A stretch of 32,000 nt of DNA, taken from contig CP001817.1 in the NCBI GenBank assembly GCA_000217635.1, positions 1 through 32,000 of the forward strand, read 5' to 3'. The position numbers were made by a program, and so were the translations under genes. Below, piece after piece: positions 1 to 13,870 of the stretch (its first letter is position 1; the number at the start of each line of letters is the position of its first letter). The DNA is from Candidatus Saccharimonadota bacterium (lineage in GTDB: Bacteria > Pseudomonadota > Gammaproteobacteria > Enterobacterales > Enterobacteriaceae). The notes under the pieces are model-generated. The model was not told the origin of the DNA. It saw only the letters and a program-made list of their open reading frames with translations, and ran no database searches.

Positions 1-1938
1 ATGGGAAATCAGATTCAGAAAACGACAGTGATTGTGGTAGGTGGCGGGCATGCTGGTACAGAAGCTGCCTATGCATCTGCTCGTATGGGGGTTAAAACGC
101 TATTAATAACTCAAAATATTAGTACGGTAGGAGCGCTTTCTTGTAATCCTTCTATTGGAGGTATTGGTAAAAGTCAATTAGTAAAAGAGATTGATGCTAT
201 GGGAGGTTTAATGGCTCTTGTGGCTGATTATTCAGGGATACAATTTAAAATCCTTAATTCTAGCAAGGGAGCTGCAGTTCGTTCTACACGTGCTCAAGTT
301 GATAGACAGTTGTATAAGAAAAATTTACAATATTTTTTAAAATTACAAAAAAATCTTCAGCTAATTGAAGCTGAAGTTTCTGATCTTATTATTAAAGATA
401 GAATTGTGCGTGGAGTTAAAGTAAATGATAACTGTGTTATTTTAAGTCGATCAGTGATATTAACCACTGGGACTTTCTTAAATGGAAAAATATTTACTGG
501 TTTAAAAGAACATTTAGGAGGACGTATCTATGAAAAACCTTCGAATCTATTAGCAAATAAATTAAAAAATTTTCCGTTTCGTTTTGGTCGTTTAAAAACC
601 GGAACACCACCAAGATTATTAGGTAGTAGTATTAATTTCCAATTGTTAGAAGAACAGAAAGGTGATTCTCCGGTCCCATTTTTTTCTTTTTTAGGATTTA
701 ATATCAATCATCCTGAACAAATTCCTTGTTATATGACATATACAAACGATTGTACACATTCGATAGTTCGTTCTAATTTAAATTTTAGTCCTATGTATAC
801 AGGTTCTATTGTTGGTTTTGGGCCTCGGTACTGCCCTTCTATAGAAGATAAGATTGTTCGTTTTTCAAAAAAAATAGACATCAAATTTTTTTTAGAGCCG
901 GAAGGATTGGATTGCAAGGTTTATTATCCTAATGGTATATCAACAAGTTTACCTTTATGTATACAAAAAAAATTTATAAAAACTATAGTAGGTCTAGAAA
1001 ATGTTGAAATTACTCAGCCAGGTTATGCAGTAGAGTATGATTATTTTGACCCGCGGGATTTAAAAATGACCTTAGAATCTAAAATTATAAAAAATTTATT
1101 TTTTGCAGGACAGATTAACGGAACTACTGGATATGAAGAAGCTGGGTCTCAAGGTTTATTGGCAGGAATCAATGCTGCGCTTTATGTTTTAGAAAAAAAA
1201 CCGTGGTATCCGCGTAGAGATGAGGCTTATATGGGTGTTTTAGTGGATGATTTATGTAATAAAGGTACTACTGAACCATATCGTATGTTTACATCTCGTG
1301 CAGAGCATAGATTGCTTTTGAGAGAAGACAATGCAGATTTTCGTTTAACAAAGATTGCTTATAAATTTGGTTTGATATGTCAAAATAGGTGGAAACGTTT
1401 TTGTGATAAAAAAAATTTTATTGCTGATGAGCATAGATTTTTAAAAAAAAGTATAATTTCAAAAAATAAATTAGATGCATATTGTACTAATAATAATATT
1501 TCAATTAGGATTTCTAGTGATATTACTGCTTTTGATTTTTTACGTAGACCAGGCATTTCTTATGGATTTATTATGAATTTATTAAATCGACCGATGAGTT
1601 TTTTATTAAAAAATTCAGAAGATATTGTTGAATTAGAAGCACAAATAAAATATTCAGGTTATATAATTAGACAAAAAATAGAAATTGAAAAACAAAAAAA
1701 ATTTGAATCAGTTAAATTACCTGTCAATTTAAACTATAAAAAAGTACCAGGTTTATCTAATGAGGTTTATATAAAATTAAATGAGTATAAACCGATCACT
1801 TTAGGACAGGCATCTCGTATATCTGGAATTACCCCAGCTGCAATTTCTATTTTATTAATTTTTTTAAAAAGAATGGTATTTTATTTTTTAATATTTACTT
1901 TAACTTTAATAAAAAATATACTATATTATATGGTATAA
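1..1938 (+). CDS. mnmG: tRNA uridine 5-carboxymethylaminomethyl modification enzyme MnmG (GidA)
   Basis: 645-aa ORF starting at ATG at position 1. It has the FAD-binding motif [10 protein letters not shown] and is colinear with E. coli GidA throughout ([41 protein letters not shown]). The last ~22 codons do not align with GidA; see the finding on the A5 tract at 1866-1870. Confidence 0.95.
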   Translation: MGNQIQKTTVIVVGGGHAGTEAAYASARMGVKTLLITQNISTVGALSCNPSIGGIGKSQLVKEIDAMGGLMALVADYSGIQFKILNSSKGAAVRSTRAQVDRQLYKKNLQYFLKLQKNLQLIEAEVSDLIIKDRIVRGVKVNDNCVILSRSVILTTGTFLNGKIFTGLKEHLGGRIYEKPSNLLANKLKNFPFRFGRLKTGTPPRLLGSSINFQLLEEQKGDSPVPFFSFLGFNINHPEQIPCYMTYTNDCTHSIVRSNLNFSPMYTGSIVGFGPRYCPSIEDKIVRFSKKIDIKFFLEPEGLDCKVYYPNGISTSLPLCIQKKFIKTIVGLENVEITQPGYAVEYDYFDPRDLKMTLESKIIKNLFFAGQINGTTGYEEAGSQGLLAGINAALYVLEKKPWYPRRDEAYMGVLVDDLCNKGTTEPYRMFTSRAEHRLLLREDNADFRLTKIAYKFGLICQNRWKRFCDKKNFIADEHRFLKKSIISKNKLDAYCTNNNISIRISSDITAFDFLRRPGISYGFIMNLLNRPMSFLLKNSEDIVELEAQIKYSGYIIRQKIEIEKQKKFESVKLPVNLNYKKVPGLSNEVYIKLNEYKPITLGQASRISGITPAAISILLIFLKRMVFYFLIFTLTLIKNILYYMV

Positions 1939-2015
1939 TTTTTTTGTATTTTTATTAGCTTTATTTTTATTAAATATATAAGAAATATATTTATGAAGAG
2001 TAGTATTATTAAAGA

Positions 2016-2045
2016 TCGGCAGGTTTTTTCCTACCGAATTTTTAT
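2016..2045. terminator. Candidate bidirectional terminator hairpin between convergent mnmG and gyrB
   Basis: GC-containing island in an AT-rich spacer: tcggcagg (2016-2023), loop tttttt, cctaccga (2030-2037). This gives an 8-bp stem. The 2020/2033 pair is a C-A mismatch in the plus-sense RNA and a G-U wobble in the minus-sense RNA. The plus strand continues with atttttat. Confidence 0.35.
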
Positions 2046-2089
2046 AATTATATTTGATTAATATATGATTCTTATTATTTGTATTTTTT

Positions 2090-4567
<2,478 letters not shown>

Positions 4568-4625
4568 TTAAAATTTATTTATATTTATCTTTTTTATAGA
4601 TTTTTAATTTTTTAAATAATATATG

Positions 4626-5732
4626 TTATAGTCGTAAAGGCATAATTACGTAATAAATATTTTTTTCTTCTAACGATTGAATTTGAATTTTTACAACAGG
4701 AATATCTAAAATAAAATAAATAATTTTGCTTGCTAAAGTATTCAAAACATCTAGTAAATAGAATACATTAATAGAAAATTCAATTTTTTTATTATTATAT
4801 TGAATTTTAAAGGAATCTGAAGATTCTTCGTCTTCTTGATTGTTTGATCGTATTTGTAATAGATTATTATAAAATTTTAAGTATATTCCTTTAAAATTAA
4901 TATCACATAAAATAGAAGTACGTAATAAAGATTTTTTTATTTGTGTAAGTGGAATTGGAATTCGTTGCATAGGGTTAATTAAGATAACATCTTGATAATC
5001 AGGAAATTTTCCATCTATTAATTTAGTAATAAGTATTATATTTTTAATATAAAATAAAATTTGGTTTTGATTGATAAAGATTCGTATTAGATCTTCTTTT
5101 TCTTCTAATAATTGATATAATTCAATAATGCTTTTTTTACTTAAAATTATTGAAAATGAAGTGACTTTGATATTTATTTTTTTCTTATACATTGCTAAAC
5201 GATGACCATCTGTAGCTACTCCATATAAATAACCATTATGGTACTCTAATAATAAACCGTTTAAAGAGTTTCGGATATCATGATTAGCTATAGAAAATCG
5301 AGTAAAAAAAATTATTTTTTTAAGTAAATTTTGTGATATGTTAATCTCGTTTTTTTCAGAATTTTTTTGAAATTTTGGAAAATTTTTTATAGACAATGTC
5401 ATTAAATAAAAAATAGTATTTAATATTTGGATTTTTATTTTTTTATTAACTAAATGAAAATTTAAGTTAGTGTCTTTAGGTGCATTTCGACAAATATGTA
5501 ATATTTTTTTTCCGGAAATACTAATATTACCTGATTGAAAAAATTGGTAGTTTTTATGGTGTATAGAAATATTCATTTCGACTTCTAAATTAGATGCTGT
5601 TAAATATAGTCTTTTTTGATTTACATCTATTATGATATTTTCTAAAATAGGAAAAATAGGATTTTTTGTAATTACATTAATAATTTTTTTGATATATGGT
5701 AATAGTATTTCTTTTTTTATGATGAATTTCAT
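4626..5732 (-). CDS. dnaN: DNA polymerase III beta sliding clamp
   Basis: 368-aa ORF colinear with E. coli DnaN (366 aa): MKF..., ATDGHRLA, KLIDGKFPDYQ, and C-terminal YVIMPLRL. It lies immediately downstream of dnaA, as in the conserved dnaA-dnaN operon. No recF follows it. Confidence 0.95.
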   Translation of the reverse strand: MKFIIKKEILLPYIKKIINVITKNPIFPILENIIIDVNQKRLYLTASNLEVEMNISIHHKNYQFFQSGNISISGKKILHICRNAPKDTNLNFHLVNKKIKIQILNTIFYLMTLSIKNFPKFQKNSEKNEINISQNLLKKIIFFTRFSIANHDIRNSLNGLLLEYHNGYLYGVATDGHRLAMYKKKINIKVTSFSIILSKKSIIELYQLLEEKEDLIRIFINQNQILFYIKNIILITKLIDGKFPDYQDVILINPMQRIPIPLTQIKKSLLRTSILCDINFKGIYLKFYNNLLQIRSNNQEDEESSDSFKIQYNNKKIEFSINVFYLLDVLNTLASKIIYFILDIPVVKIQIQSLEEKNIYYVIMPLRL

Positions 5733-5762
5733 AGTATTATGAGGTTAATTGATAAGATAAAT

Positions 5763-7112
5763 TTAAAAAATCATGATGAATTTTTTTATTTTTTTAGATA
5801 ATTCTTTTATTTTTCTGCAAGCATGTAGTACGGTGGTATGATCTTTTCCACCAAATGCGATACCGATTTCTGACAAGCTGTGGTTAGTCAATTTTTTTAC
5901 TAAAGCCATAGCTATTTGTCGAGGTTGTGCTATTGATCGTGTTCTTTTTTTTGATAACATATCTGACATTTTTATACTAAAATATTTAGATACTGATTTT
6001 TGAATGTTCTTTATCGTTATTTTTTCTTTTTGACAAATTAATAAATCTTGCAAGGTACTTTGAACGAGTTCTATATTAATATTTTTTTGATTAAATATAG
6101 AGTGGTTTTGAAGTTTATTAAGAATACCTTCTAATTCTCTGACATTCGAACATAATTTTGTTGCTATGAATTGAGCTATTGTATAAGATAACTTTATTTT
6201 TCTTTCTGCCGCTTTATATAATAGAATAGCTATTCTAGTATTTAAGTCAGGTGGGTTAATTGAAATAGTTAATCCCCAGCTAAACCGTGATTTTAAGCGA
6301 TCCGCCATACCATTAATATCTTTTGGATAACGATCTGAAGTTAAAATGATTTTTTGGTCGTGATCAAATAAGGTATTAAAAGTATGAAATAATTCTTCTT
6401 GAGACCGCTCTTTATTAGAAAAAAATTGAATGTCATCTATCATTAATGCATCTACAGATCGATAATATTTTTTAAATTCTTCAATAGAATTATTTTTTAT
6501 TGATTTTACCATATTTGCACAAAAACGTTCGGAATGGATATAAATAACTTTTGCAGTATTGTTATTTTCTAAAATAAAATTTCCAATAGCGTGTAAAAGA
6601 TGGGTTTTTCCTAAACCAGTATTTCCATATAAAAATAATGGATTATATGAATTTTTAAGTTTTGCTAGCTGATAAGAAGAATATCGTGCTAATCGATTTG
6701 ATTCTCCTTCAATAAAATTATTGAAACAGTATTTTTTATTAATTTCTGTATGATAATATGATTTTATATAGTGAATATTATAGTTAAAATGTTTTTTGTG
6801 TATTTTTTGTTGATTTATTATATTATATTTTGAGTAATAAGTATGAGTAGTAATTAAATGATCAGTAGAAATATTTTCAATTTGTAAAGTTAATGGAATA
6901 TTTTTTTTTTTGACCAAATTTATATAATAAATTTTTAAAATAGTGTATATACTTGTTTTTAACCCAATCCAAGACAAAATGATTTGGTGCAAATAAATAT
7001 AGAGAATTTTTTTTGATTTCACTCGCAGTGGACGAATCCACATACTAAATTCTGTAGGTAAAAGTTTTTTTTGTAAATGAGTAAGACATTTTTTCCAAAT
7101 TGCAAGAGACAC
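5763..7112 (-). CDS. dnaA: Chromosomal replication initiator DnaA (open ORF, but ~36 codons of domain I are read out of frame between two poly(A) tracts)
   Basis: 449-aa ORF with a GTG start, as in E. coli. It has the N-terminus [10 protein letters not shown]...[13 protein letters not shown]+ motifs ([37 protein letters not shown]) and the domain IV motif [15 protein letters not shown]. The conserved APNxFVLDWV block is encoded in a different frame between 7014 and 6901 (see finding). Confidence 0.95.
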   Translation of the reverse strand: MSLAIWKKCLTHLQKKLLPTEFSMWIRPLRVKSKKILYIYLHQIILSWIGLKTSIYTILKIYYINLVKKKNIPLTLQIENISTDHLITTHTYYSKYNIINQQKIHKKHFNYNIHYIKSYYHTEINKKYCFNNFIEGESNRLARYSSYQLAKLKNSYNPLFLYGNTGLGKTHLLHAIGNFILENNNTAKVIYIHSERFCANMVKSIKNNSIEEFKKYYRSVDALMIDDIQFFSNKERSQEELFHTFNTLFDHDQKIILTSDRYPKDINGMADRLKSRFSWGLTISINPPDLNTRIAILLYKAAERKIKLSYTIAQFIATKLCSNVRELEGILNKLQNHSIFNQKNINIELVQSTLQDLLICQKEKITIKNIQKSVSKYFSIKMSDMLSKKRTRSIAQPRQIAMALVKKLTNHSLSEIGIAFGGKDHTTVLHACRKIKELSKKIKKFIMIF

Positions 7113-7488
7113 GAATAGAGCTCCAAAAAAAATAAGATAAAGTAAATTAGAATATATTTATTTTTAAATATTACAAATATATATGACTATTAAAAATATT
7201 ATTCAAAGATAAAAAGTTATCTATTATTTTAATTTAATTAGATAATTTTTAAAATTAAATTGTTTTTTTTAATAGTTCTTTAAAAATATTTTTAAATTTT
7301 GATAATTTAAAAATTTATTAAAATTATAAGTATTTAATTTATTTTTTGAATTTATATTAATTTAATTTTTAATAATGCATAATATTTAGATGTATATATA
7401 GTATTTTGTACGATATTAAAAATTTCAAATATATCCTAAGTTAAGTATATGTTATTAGTATATTGATTTATTAGAAGGATTTTAGCAT

Positions 7489-7623
7489 ATGAAACGTACT
7501 TTTCAACCATCAAAGATTAAGCGAGCTCGAACACACGGGTTTCGTACGCGTATGTCGACGAAAAATGGTCGTCATATTTTATCTCGTCGTCGCATTAAAT
7601 CTCGTATTCGATTATGTGTTTAA
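7489..7623 (+). CDS. rpmH: 50S ribosomal protein L34
   Basis: This gene is not in the ORF track because it is too short. ATG at 7489 gives [44 protein letters not shown] (44 aa), with TAA at 7621-7623. This is close to E. coli L34. A Shine-Dalgarno aagga lies at 7475-7479. The position upstream of rnpA is conserved. Confidence 0.95.
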   Translation: MKRTFQPSKIKRARTHGFRTRMSTKNGRHILSRRRIKSRIRLCV

Positions 7624-7655
7624 TGTTTATTGTTTTTAATAATTTTTAAAATTAT

Positions 7656-7991
7656 ATGTATAAATTTTTTTTTAAAAAAAGTCGATTGTTATCTACTTTA
7701 CAATTTCAACATGTTTATAAGCGGCATATTAAAATAATTAGACCGGAATTTATTTATTTAAGTAGAATAAATTATCTGAATTTTCCTAGATTAGGAATAT
7801 CTATATCAAAAAAGAATATAAAACGATCGCATGATCGAAACCGAATTAAACGTCTTATTCGAGAAAATTTTCGCTTAAAACAAAATAAGTTAATGTCTAT
7901 GGACATAGTTATAATTGTTAAAAAAAATTTAATTTTTCAGAACAATAAATTTATTATACATAGATTAGAAAATTTATGGATATATAAATAA
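7656..7991 (+). CDS. rnpA: RNase P protein component
   Basis: 111-aa basic ORF with the conserved RNR motif region (KKNIKRSHDRNRIKRLIRENFRL). It is colinear with E. coli RnpA and follows rpmH. Confidence 0.9.
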   Translation: MYKFFFKKSRLLSTLQFQHVYKRHIKIIRPEFIYLSRINYLNFPRLGISISKKNIKRSHDRNRIKRLIRENFRLKQNKLMSMDIVIIVKKNLIFQNNKFIIHRLENLWIYK

Positions 7992-8026
7992 TTTATTTTT
8001 TGATATAAGAGAAAGGTAAAATTCGG

Positions 8027-8067
8027 AGACTTCTGTTTTTTTGTAAAAGAGGTCTATTTTTTATTTT
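8027..8067 (+). terminator. Weak hairpin plus T-run between rnpA and yidC (possible attenuator or terminator)
   Basis: agacttct (8027-8034) pairs with agaggtct (8048-8055): 8 bp including one U-G wobble, with a 13-nt loop. It is followed by attttttatttt. It occupies the spacer where yidD sits in E. coli; no yidD ORF is present. Confidence 0.25.
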
Positions 8068-8080
8068 AAAAATTTAGATA

Positions 8081-9721
8081 ATGAGAATATCTATGATTAA
8101 CTGTCGATATTATGGTCGATTATTGTTATTATTTTTGTTGTTTTTTTTGTATTTTTATAGGTTTTTTTCAAAAAAAAGTATTTATATTAGTAAAAAAAAT
8201 AGTGTTTTTCATGAATATATAAAAAATTTTTCTAAAATATCACCAGATCAAGAAAAATCTCAATTAATTAATGTAAAAACCGATGTTCTATCCTTAGATA
8301 TTAATTTATTAGGCGGTAATATTGAATGCGCCGAATTATTAAATTATAAAAAAAGTCTAAATAGTTCAGAGTTTTTTACATTATTAAATAATAAAAAATT
8401 TTTTTATAAAACTAATAGTGGAATTCTTGTTAAAAAGAATTCTAATCATATCGGAAAAAATAGTAAGATTTTTTATTTTGTTTCATCTGTTATAAATAAA
8501 TTAAAAGAAAATCAAAATAAAATAAAAGTTTGTTTAACTTCTCGTGAAAAAAATGGGATTTCTCATAAAAAAGTTTTTATTTTAACGAGAGGATCATATG
8601 CAGTAGAAATAAAACATTATATTTTTAATCGTACCAATAAAACAATTGATGTAGTAGTATTTGGAGAATTACAACAAAACCCTGCGCTAATTAAAAGTTA
8701 TAATATCTTACAGGGTTTGTTTAATTTACAGATGTTTAGAGGCATTTCATATTCAACAGATGCTAATAAATATGTTAAAGTAAGTTTTAATAAGTTAAAA
8801 GATATTGTAGATGTTGTTGTGAAAACTACCCAAGGATGGATAGCAATGCAACAGCAGTACTTTTTAACTGCTTGGGTACCAAAATTTTCGAGTAGTTATA
8901 CAATTTATCTACATAAAATATTTGATTATTTTATATCTATTGGTTTTTTGTCTGATAATAAAAGAATTGCACCTCATTCATCTTATGTAACTTCTTCTAC
9001 GATTTGGATAGGACCAAATTTACAAAAACATATTTCTTTATTATCTAAAAATACCAGTTGTATGATGGATTATGGATGGTTATGGTTTATTTCAAAACCA
9101 TTATTTCAATTATTAAGTTTTTTTTATAATATATTTAAAAATTGGGGTATTTCTATAATACTAATTACATGTTTTATAAAAACAATGACATATTCATTAA
9201 CAAAATCACAATATTTAGCAACGATAAAAATAAAAACTTTACAACATAAAGTAGAAGCTATAAAAGAAAAATTTTTTAATGATACTGAAAAAATCCATAA
9301 AGAAATATTATTATTATATAAAAATGAAAATATTAATCCATTAAGCGGGTTTATGCCAACTTTAATTCAAATGCCTATTTTTTTAGCATTATATTACGTT
9401 TTAATCTCTGCAATTGAATTAAGACATGCACCATTTTTATGGTGGATTCAAGATTTATCTAGTTATGATCCGTATTTTATATTACCACTTTTAACAGGTT
9501 TTAGTATATTAGGTATGCAAATTAGTAATGAAGTAAATCAAGAATCTTTACCGGATAATAAATTTCTTATATTTTTTTCTGTTTTATCATCGTTATTTTT
9601 TTTATGGTTTCCAGCTGGTCTTGTTTTATATTATCTCGTTAATAATGTGGTTACTATTATTCAACAACATTTTATAAAAAAATTTTTTGTCAACAATATA
9701 GATAAAAAGTATAATACATAA
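8081..9721 (+). CDS. yidC: Membrane protein insertase YidC
   Basis: 546-aa ORF colinear with E. coli YidC (548 aa): VKTDVL, RGSYAVE, GWIAMQQQYF, DYGWLWFISKPLF, IQMPIFLALYY, FFLWFPAGLVLYY. The start could instead be the ATG at 8093. Confidence 0.93.
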   Translation: MRISMINCRYYGRLLLLFLLFFLYFYRFFSKKSIYISKKNSVFHEYIKNFSKISPDQEKSQLINVKTDVLSLDINLLGGNIECAELLNYKKSLNSSEFFTLLNNKKFFYKTNSGILVKKNSNHIGKNSKIFYFVSSVINKLKENQNKIKVCLTSREKNGISHKKVFILTRGSYAVEIKHYIFNRTNKTIDVVVFGELQQNPALIKSYNILQGLFNLQMFRGISYSTDANKYVKVSFNKLKDIVDVVVKTTQGWIAMQQQYFLTAWVPKFSSSYTIYLHKIFDYFISIGFLSDNKRIAPHSSYVTSSTIWIGPNLQKHISLLSKNTSCMMDYGWLWFISKPLFQLLSFFYNIFKNWGISIILITCFIKTMTYSLTKSQYLATIKIKTLQHKVEAIKEKFFNDTEKIHKEILLLYKNENINPLSGFMPTLIQMPIFLALYYVLISAIELRHAPFLWWIQDLSSYDPYFILPLLTGFSILGMQISNEVNQESLPDNKFLIFFSVLSSLFFLWFPAGLVLYYLVNNVVTIIQQHFIKKFFVNNIDKKYNT

Positions 9722-9808
9722 TTTAATAATTATATTAAGAATTATTGAATTATTAAAAATGTAGAAATAATTACTAAAATATACTTCTTTTAAATATTAA
9801 ATATAATT

Positions 9809-11173
9809 ATGAATATAAGTGATACAATTATAGCTCCTGCGACAGCAGGAGGAAAAGCTGGAATAGGAATTATTCGTATATCAGGTGGTGATGTTAGAAA
9901 TATTATTAAAAAAATTTTAAAAATTTCTTTAAGAGAACGGTATGCTCATTTTTTTACCTTTTTTGATTTAAATGGTAAAATTGTTGACAATGGTATTGCT
10001 ATTTTTTTTGCTTCTCCTCGTTCATTTACGGGAGAAGATATGTTAGAATTACAAGGACATGGTAATCCTTTGATATTAGATATGTTAATAAAAAATATTT
10101 TATTAATTAATAATGTACGATTAGCGCGGCCTGGGGAATTTTCTGAGCGAGCTTTTTTAAATGAAAAAATTGATCTTATACAAGCAGAAGCTACTATGGA
10201 TTTAATTCATGCTCAATCTAAATTAGCAATTCAAGCATCGTTAAAATCTTTACAAGGATTTTTTTCTCAGTGTATTAATAAAATTTTTCAACGTTTAAAT
10301 AGTATTTATTCAAATATTGAAGCCGCGATAAATTTTCCGGAGGATATAAATGATAATATTTTATTAAAAAATATTGATAATAAAATATATGATGTTATTT
10401 CTTTAATAAAAAAAGTAAAAAAGAAGGCCGTTCAAGGAAATTTATTACGGGAAGGGATAAAAATAGTGATTACCGGCACTCCTAACGTTGGTAAATCAAG
10501 TTTATTAAATAGATTACTAAATAAGAATGTTGCTATTGTGACAAATTTAGCAGGTACAACCCGTGATCTTATACGGAGTTATATCAATATAAAGGGGTTA
10601 ACTTTTGAATTAATTGATACAGCAGGATTATGTGATAGTAATAATGTTATTGAAAAAATTGGAATCAAATTAGCAAAAGATGTAATTAAAAAAAGTAATC
10701 ATGTTTTTTTAGTATTAGATAGTTCAAAAAAAGATGAATTTAATGAGTTAATAATTAAAAATTATATTAAAAAATTAAATAAAAATCAAATAATTACATT
10801 AATTTTTAATAAGATAGATTTAACAAAAAAAAAATCGTGTATTACAAGATATAAAAATAAATATACATCAATTTATGTATCTGTAAAATCTGGTTTGGGT
10901 ATAGATTTATTACGAAAATATATGCGAAGTTTTTCAAGGTCTATTGATAGTTCAGAAAATTTGTTTTTAGCACGTCGTAGACATCTTCAAATATTAACTA
11001 AAACTTTAAAATTATTAGAAGATGGTTTAAAAAATTGGATTGATTTTCAAACGATTGAGTTGTTATCTGATACAATTAAATTAGCAAATACATTAATATC
11101 AGAAATTTCTGGAAAGTTTATTAATCAAGATATATTAGAAAAATTTTTTTCTGAATTTTGTATTGGAAAATAA
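9809..11173 (+). CDS. mnmE: tRNA modification GTPase MnmE (TrmE/ThdF)
   Basis: 454-aa ORF, the same length as E. coli MnmE. It has SFTGEDMLELQGHG, the G-domain motifs GTPNVGKSSLLN / DTAG / NKID, and the invariant C-terminal FCIGK. Confidence 0.95.
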   Translation: MNISDTIIAPATAGGKAGIGIIRISGGDVRNIIKKILKISLRERYAHFFTFFDLNGKIVDNGIAIFFASPRSFTGEDMLELQGHGNPLILDMLIKNILLINNVRLARPGEFSERAFLNEKIDLIQAEATMDLIHAQSKLAIQASLKSLQGFFSQCINKIFQRLNSIYSNIEAAINFPEDINDNILLKNIDNKIYDVISLIKKVKKKAVQGNLLREGIKIVITGTPNVGKSSLLNRLLNKNVAIVTNLAGTTRDLIRSYINIKGLTFELIDTAGLCDSNNVIEKIGIKLAKDVIKKSNHVFLVLDSSKKDEFNELIIKNYIKKLNKNQIITLIFNKIDLTKKKSCITRYKNKYTSIYVSVKSGLGIDLLRKYMRSFSRSIDSSENLFLARRRHLQILTKTLKLLEDGLKNWIDFQTIELLSDTIKLANTLISEISGKFINQDILEKFFSEFCIGK

Positions 11174-11226
11174 ATTTTAAAAATATCAAATTTTTTATAG
11201 AATAAGAAATATATAACTGATATTTT

Positions 11227-11299
11227 TGCCCGGAGGCGGAATTGAACCGCCGACACGGGGATTTTCAGTCCCCTGCTCTACCAACTGAGCTATCCGGGC
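11227..11299 (-). tRNA. tRNA-Phe (anticodon GAA)
   Basis: The reverse complement reads GCCCGGATAGCTCAGTTGGTAGAGCAGGGGACTGAAAATCCCCGTGTCGGCGGTTCAATTCCGCCTCCGGGCA. It forms a complete cloverleaf: acceptor GCCCGGA/TCCGGGC, D stem GCTC/GAGC, anticodon stem GGGGA/TCCCC with loop CTGAAAA, and T stem GGCGG/CCGCC. It is very close to E. coli tRNA-Phe. The CCA end is not encoded. Confidence 0.95.
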
Positions 11300-11309
11300 T
11301 TACAAAAAT

Positions 11310-11339
11310 ATTAAAGCATTAAATTAGAAAGTTTGTCAA
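11310..11339 (-). promoter_or_regulatory. Candidate sigma-70 promoter for tRNA-Phe
   Basis: On the minus strand there is a perfect -35 TTGACA (11339-11334), an 18-nt spacer, and a -10 TTTAAT (11315-11310). This would start transcription a few nt upstream of the mature tRNA 5' end at 11299. Promoter-like hexamers are common in AT-rich DNA, so this is tentative. Confidence 0.35.
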
Positions 11340-11479
11340 GTTTTTTATTTTAAAAATTATTTAAATATTTTTAATAAAGAATGATTTTTATCATTAATCT
11401 ATTAAATTGGTCTTTTAGTAATATTATTAAAAATATTTTTTTTAAAAAATATAAAAATATAATAAAAATTAAGAACACA

Positions 11480-11510
11480 CCCTTGAAATTCTCTTTAGTC
11501 ATCCATATAT
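11480..11510 (+). promoter_or_regulatory. Sigma-32 (heat-shock) type promoter of groES-groEL
   Basis: CCCTTGAAA (11480-11488), then 13 nt, then ATCCATAT (11503-11510). The sigma-32 consensus is CTTGAAA-N13/14-CCCCATNT, and the spacing matches the E. coli groE heat-shock promoter. It is a GC-containing motif in an otherwise A/T spacer, ~90 nt upstream of the groES ATG. Confidence 0.6.
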
Positions 11511-11597
11511 GATAAGTTATAGACATATATTTTTATTTTTTATAATATAGGGTATAAAAAATATTTTATTACTAATAATCAAATAAGGATTTTGTAA

Positions 11598-11891
11598 ATG
11601 AAAATTCGTCCATTGCACGATCGGATTATTATTAAGCGTCATGAAAAAGAATCAAAATCTGCAGGCGGAATTGTTTTAACAGGTGCAGCGGCAGGAAAAT
11701 CAACTCGCGGAGTTGTTTTATCTGTTGGTAAAGGACGTGTTTTAGATAATGGAAGTTTAAAAAAATTAGACGTTAAAGTTGGAGACGTGGTAATATTTAA
11801 CGAAGGGTATGGTGCAAAAACAGAAAAAATTGATAATGAAGAAGTTTTAATTTTAACAGAAAGTGATATATTAGCAATTGTTGAAGAGTAA
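11598..11891 (+). CDS. groES: Co-chaperonin GroES
   Basis: 97-aa [17 protein letters not shown]...AGGIVLTG...ILAIVE, colinear with E. coli GroES. A Shine-Dalgarno aagga lies at 11585-11589. Confidence 0.97.
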   Translation: MKIRPLHDRIIIKRHEKESKSAGGIVLTGAAAGKSTRGVVLSVGKGRVLDNGSLKKLDVKVGDVVIFNEGYGAKTEKIDNEEVLILTESDILAIVEE

Positions 11892-12042
11892 AGAATTATA
11901 TATGAATAAGAATTTTTAAAAATATAAAAATATTATTTTGTTATTATCAAATAAAATATTTTTAAAAAATAAATCTGATTTATAAATTTTAATATTAATA
12001 TTATAGAAATTTCTTAAATTTATAATTTATTAATTTTTTTGA

Positions 12043-13713
<1,671 letters not shown>

Positions 13714-13793
13714 TTATTTTTTTGGTTATTTATTAAAAATATTGTATAAGTTTATATTATTGTACTATTTATTTTTATTAAAACGTTACAATA

Positions 13794-13846
13794 TCCTTGT
13801 TCTCGTTTTCTCTTAAAAAGAGGACAAGGAGTTTATTTTTATTTTT
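13794..13846 (+). terminator. Rho-independent terminator of the groESL operon
   Basis: tccttgttctc (13794-13804) pairs with gaggacaagga (13820-13830): an 11-bp stem with one U-G wobble and a 15-nt loop. It is followed directly by gtttatttttattttt, and lies 80 nt after the groEL stop. Confidence 0.6.
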
Positions 13847-13870
13847 GATTTGCATATTTAGGATTTTTTT

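Noticed and set aside
7113-7488. A possible DnaA-box cluster or origin-like element in the dnaA-rpmH divergent spacer. GATAA/TTATC cores occur five times (for example 7217 ttatctatt, 7241 gataattttt, 7301 gataatttaa).
   Set aside because: No copy matches the 9-mer TTATCCACA at more than ~6 of 9 positions. By rough estimate, about two such 5-mers are expected by chance at this composition. The enrichment is too weak to call without comparative data.
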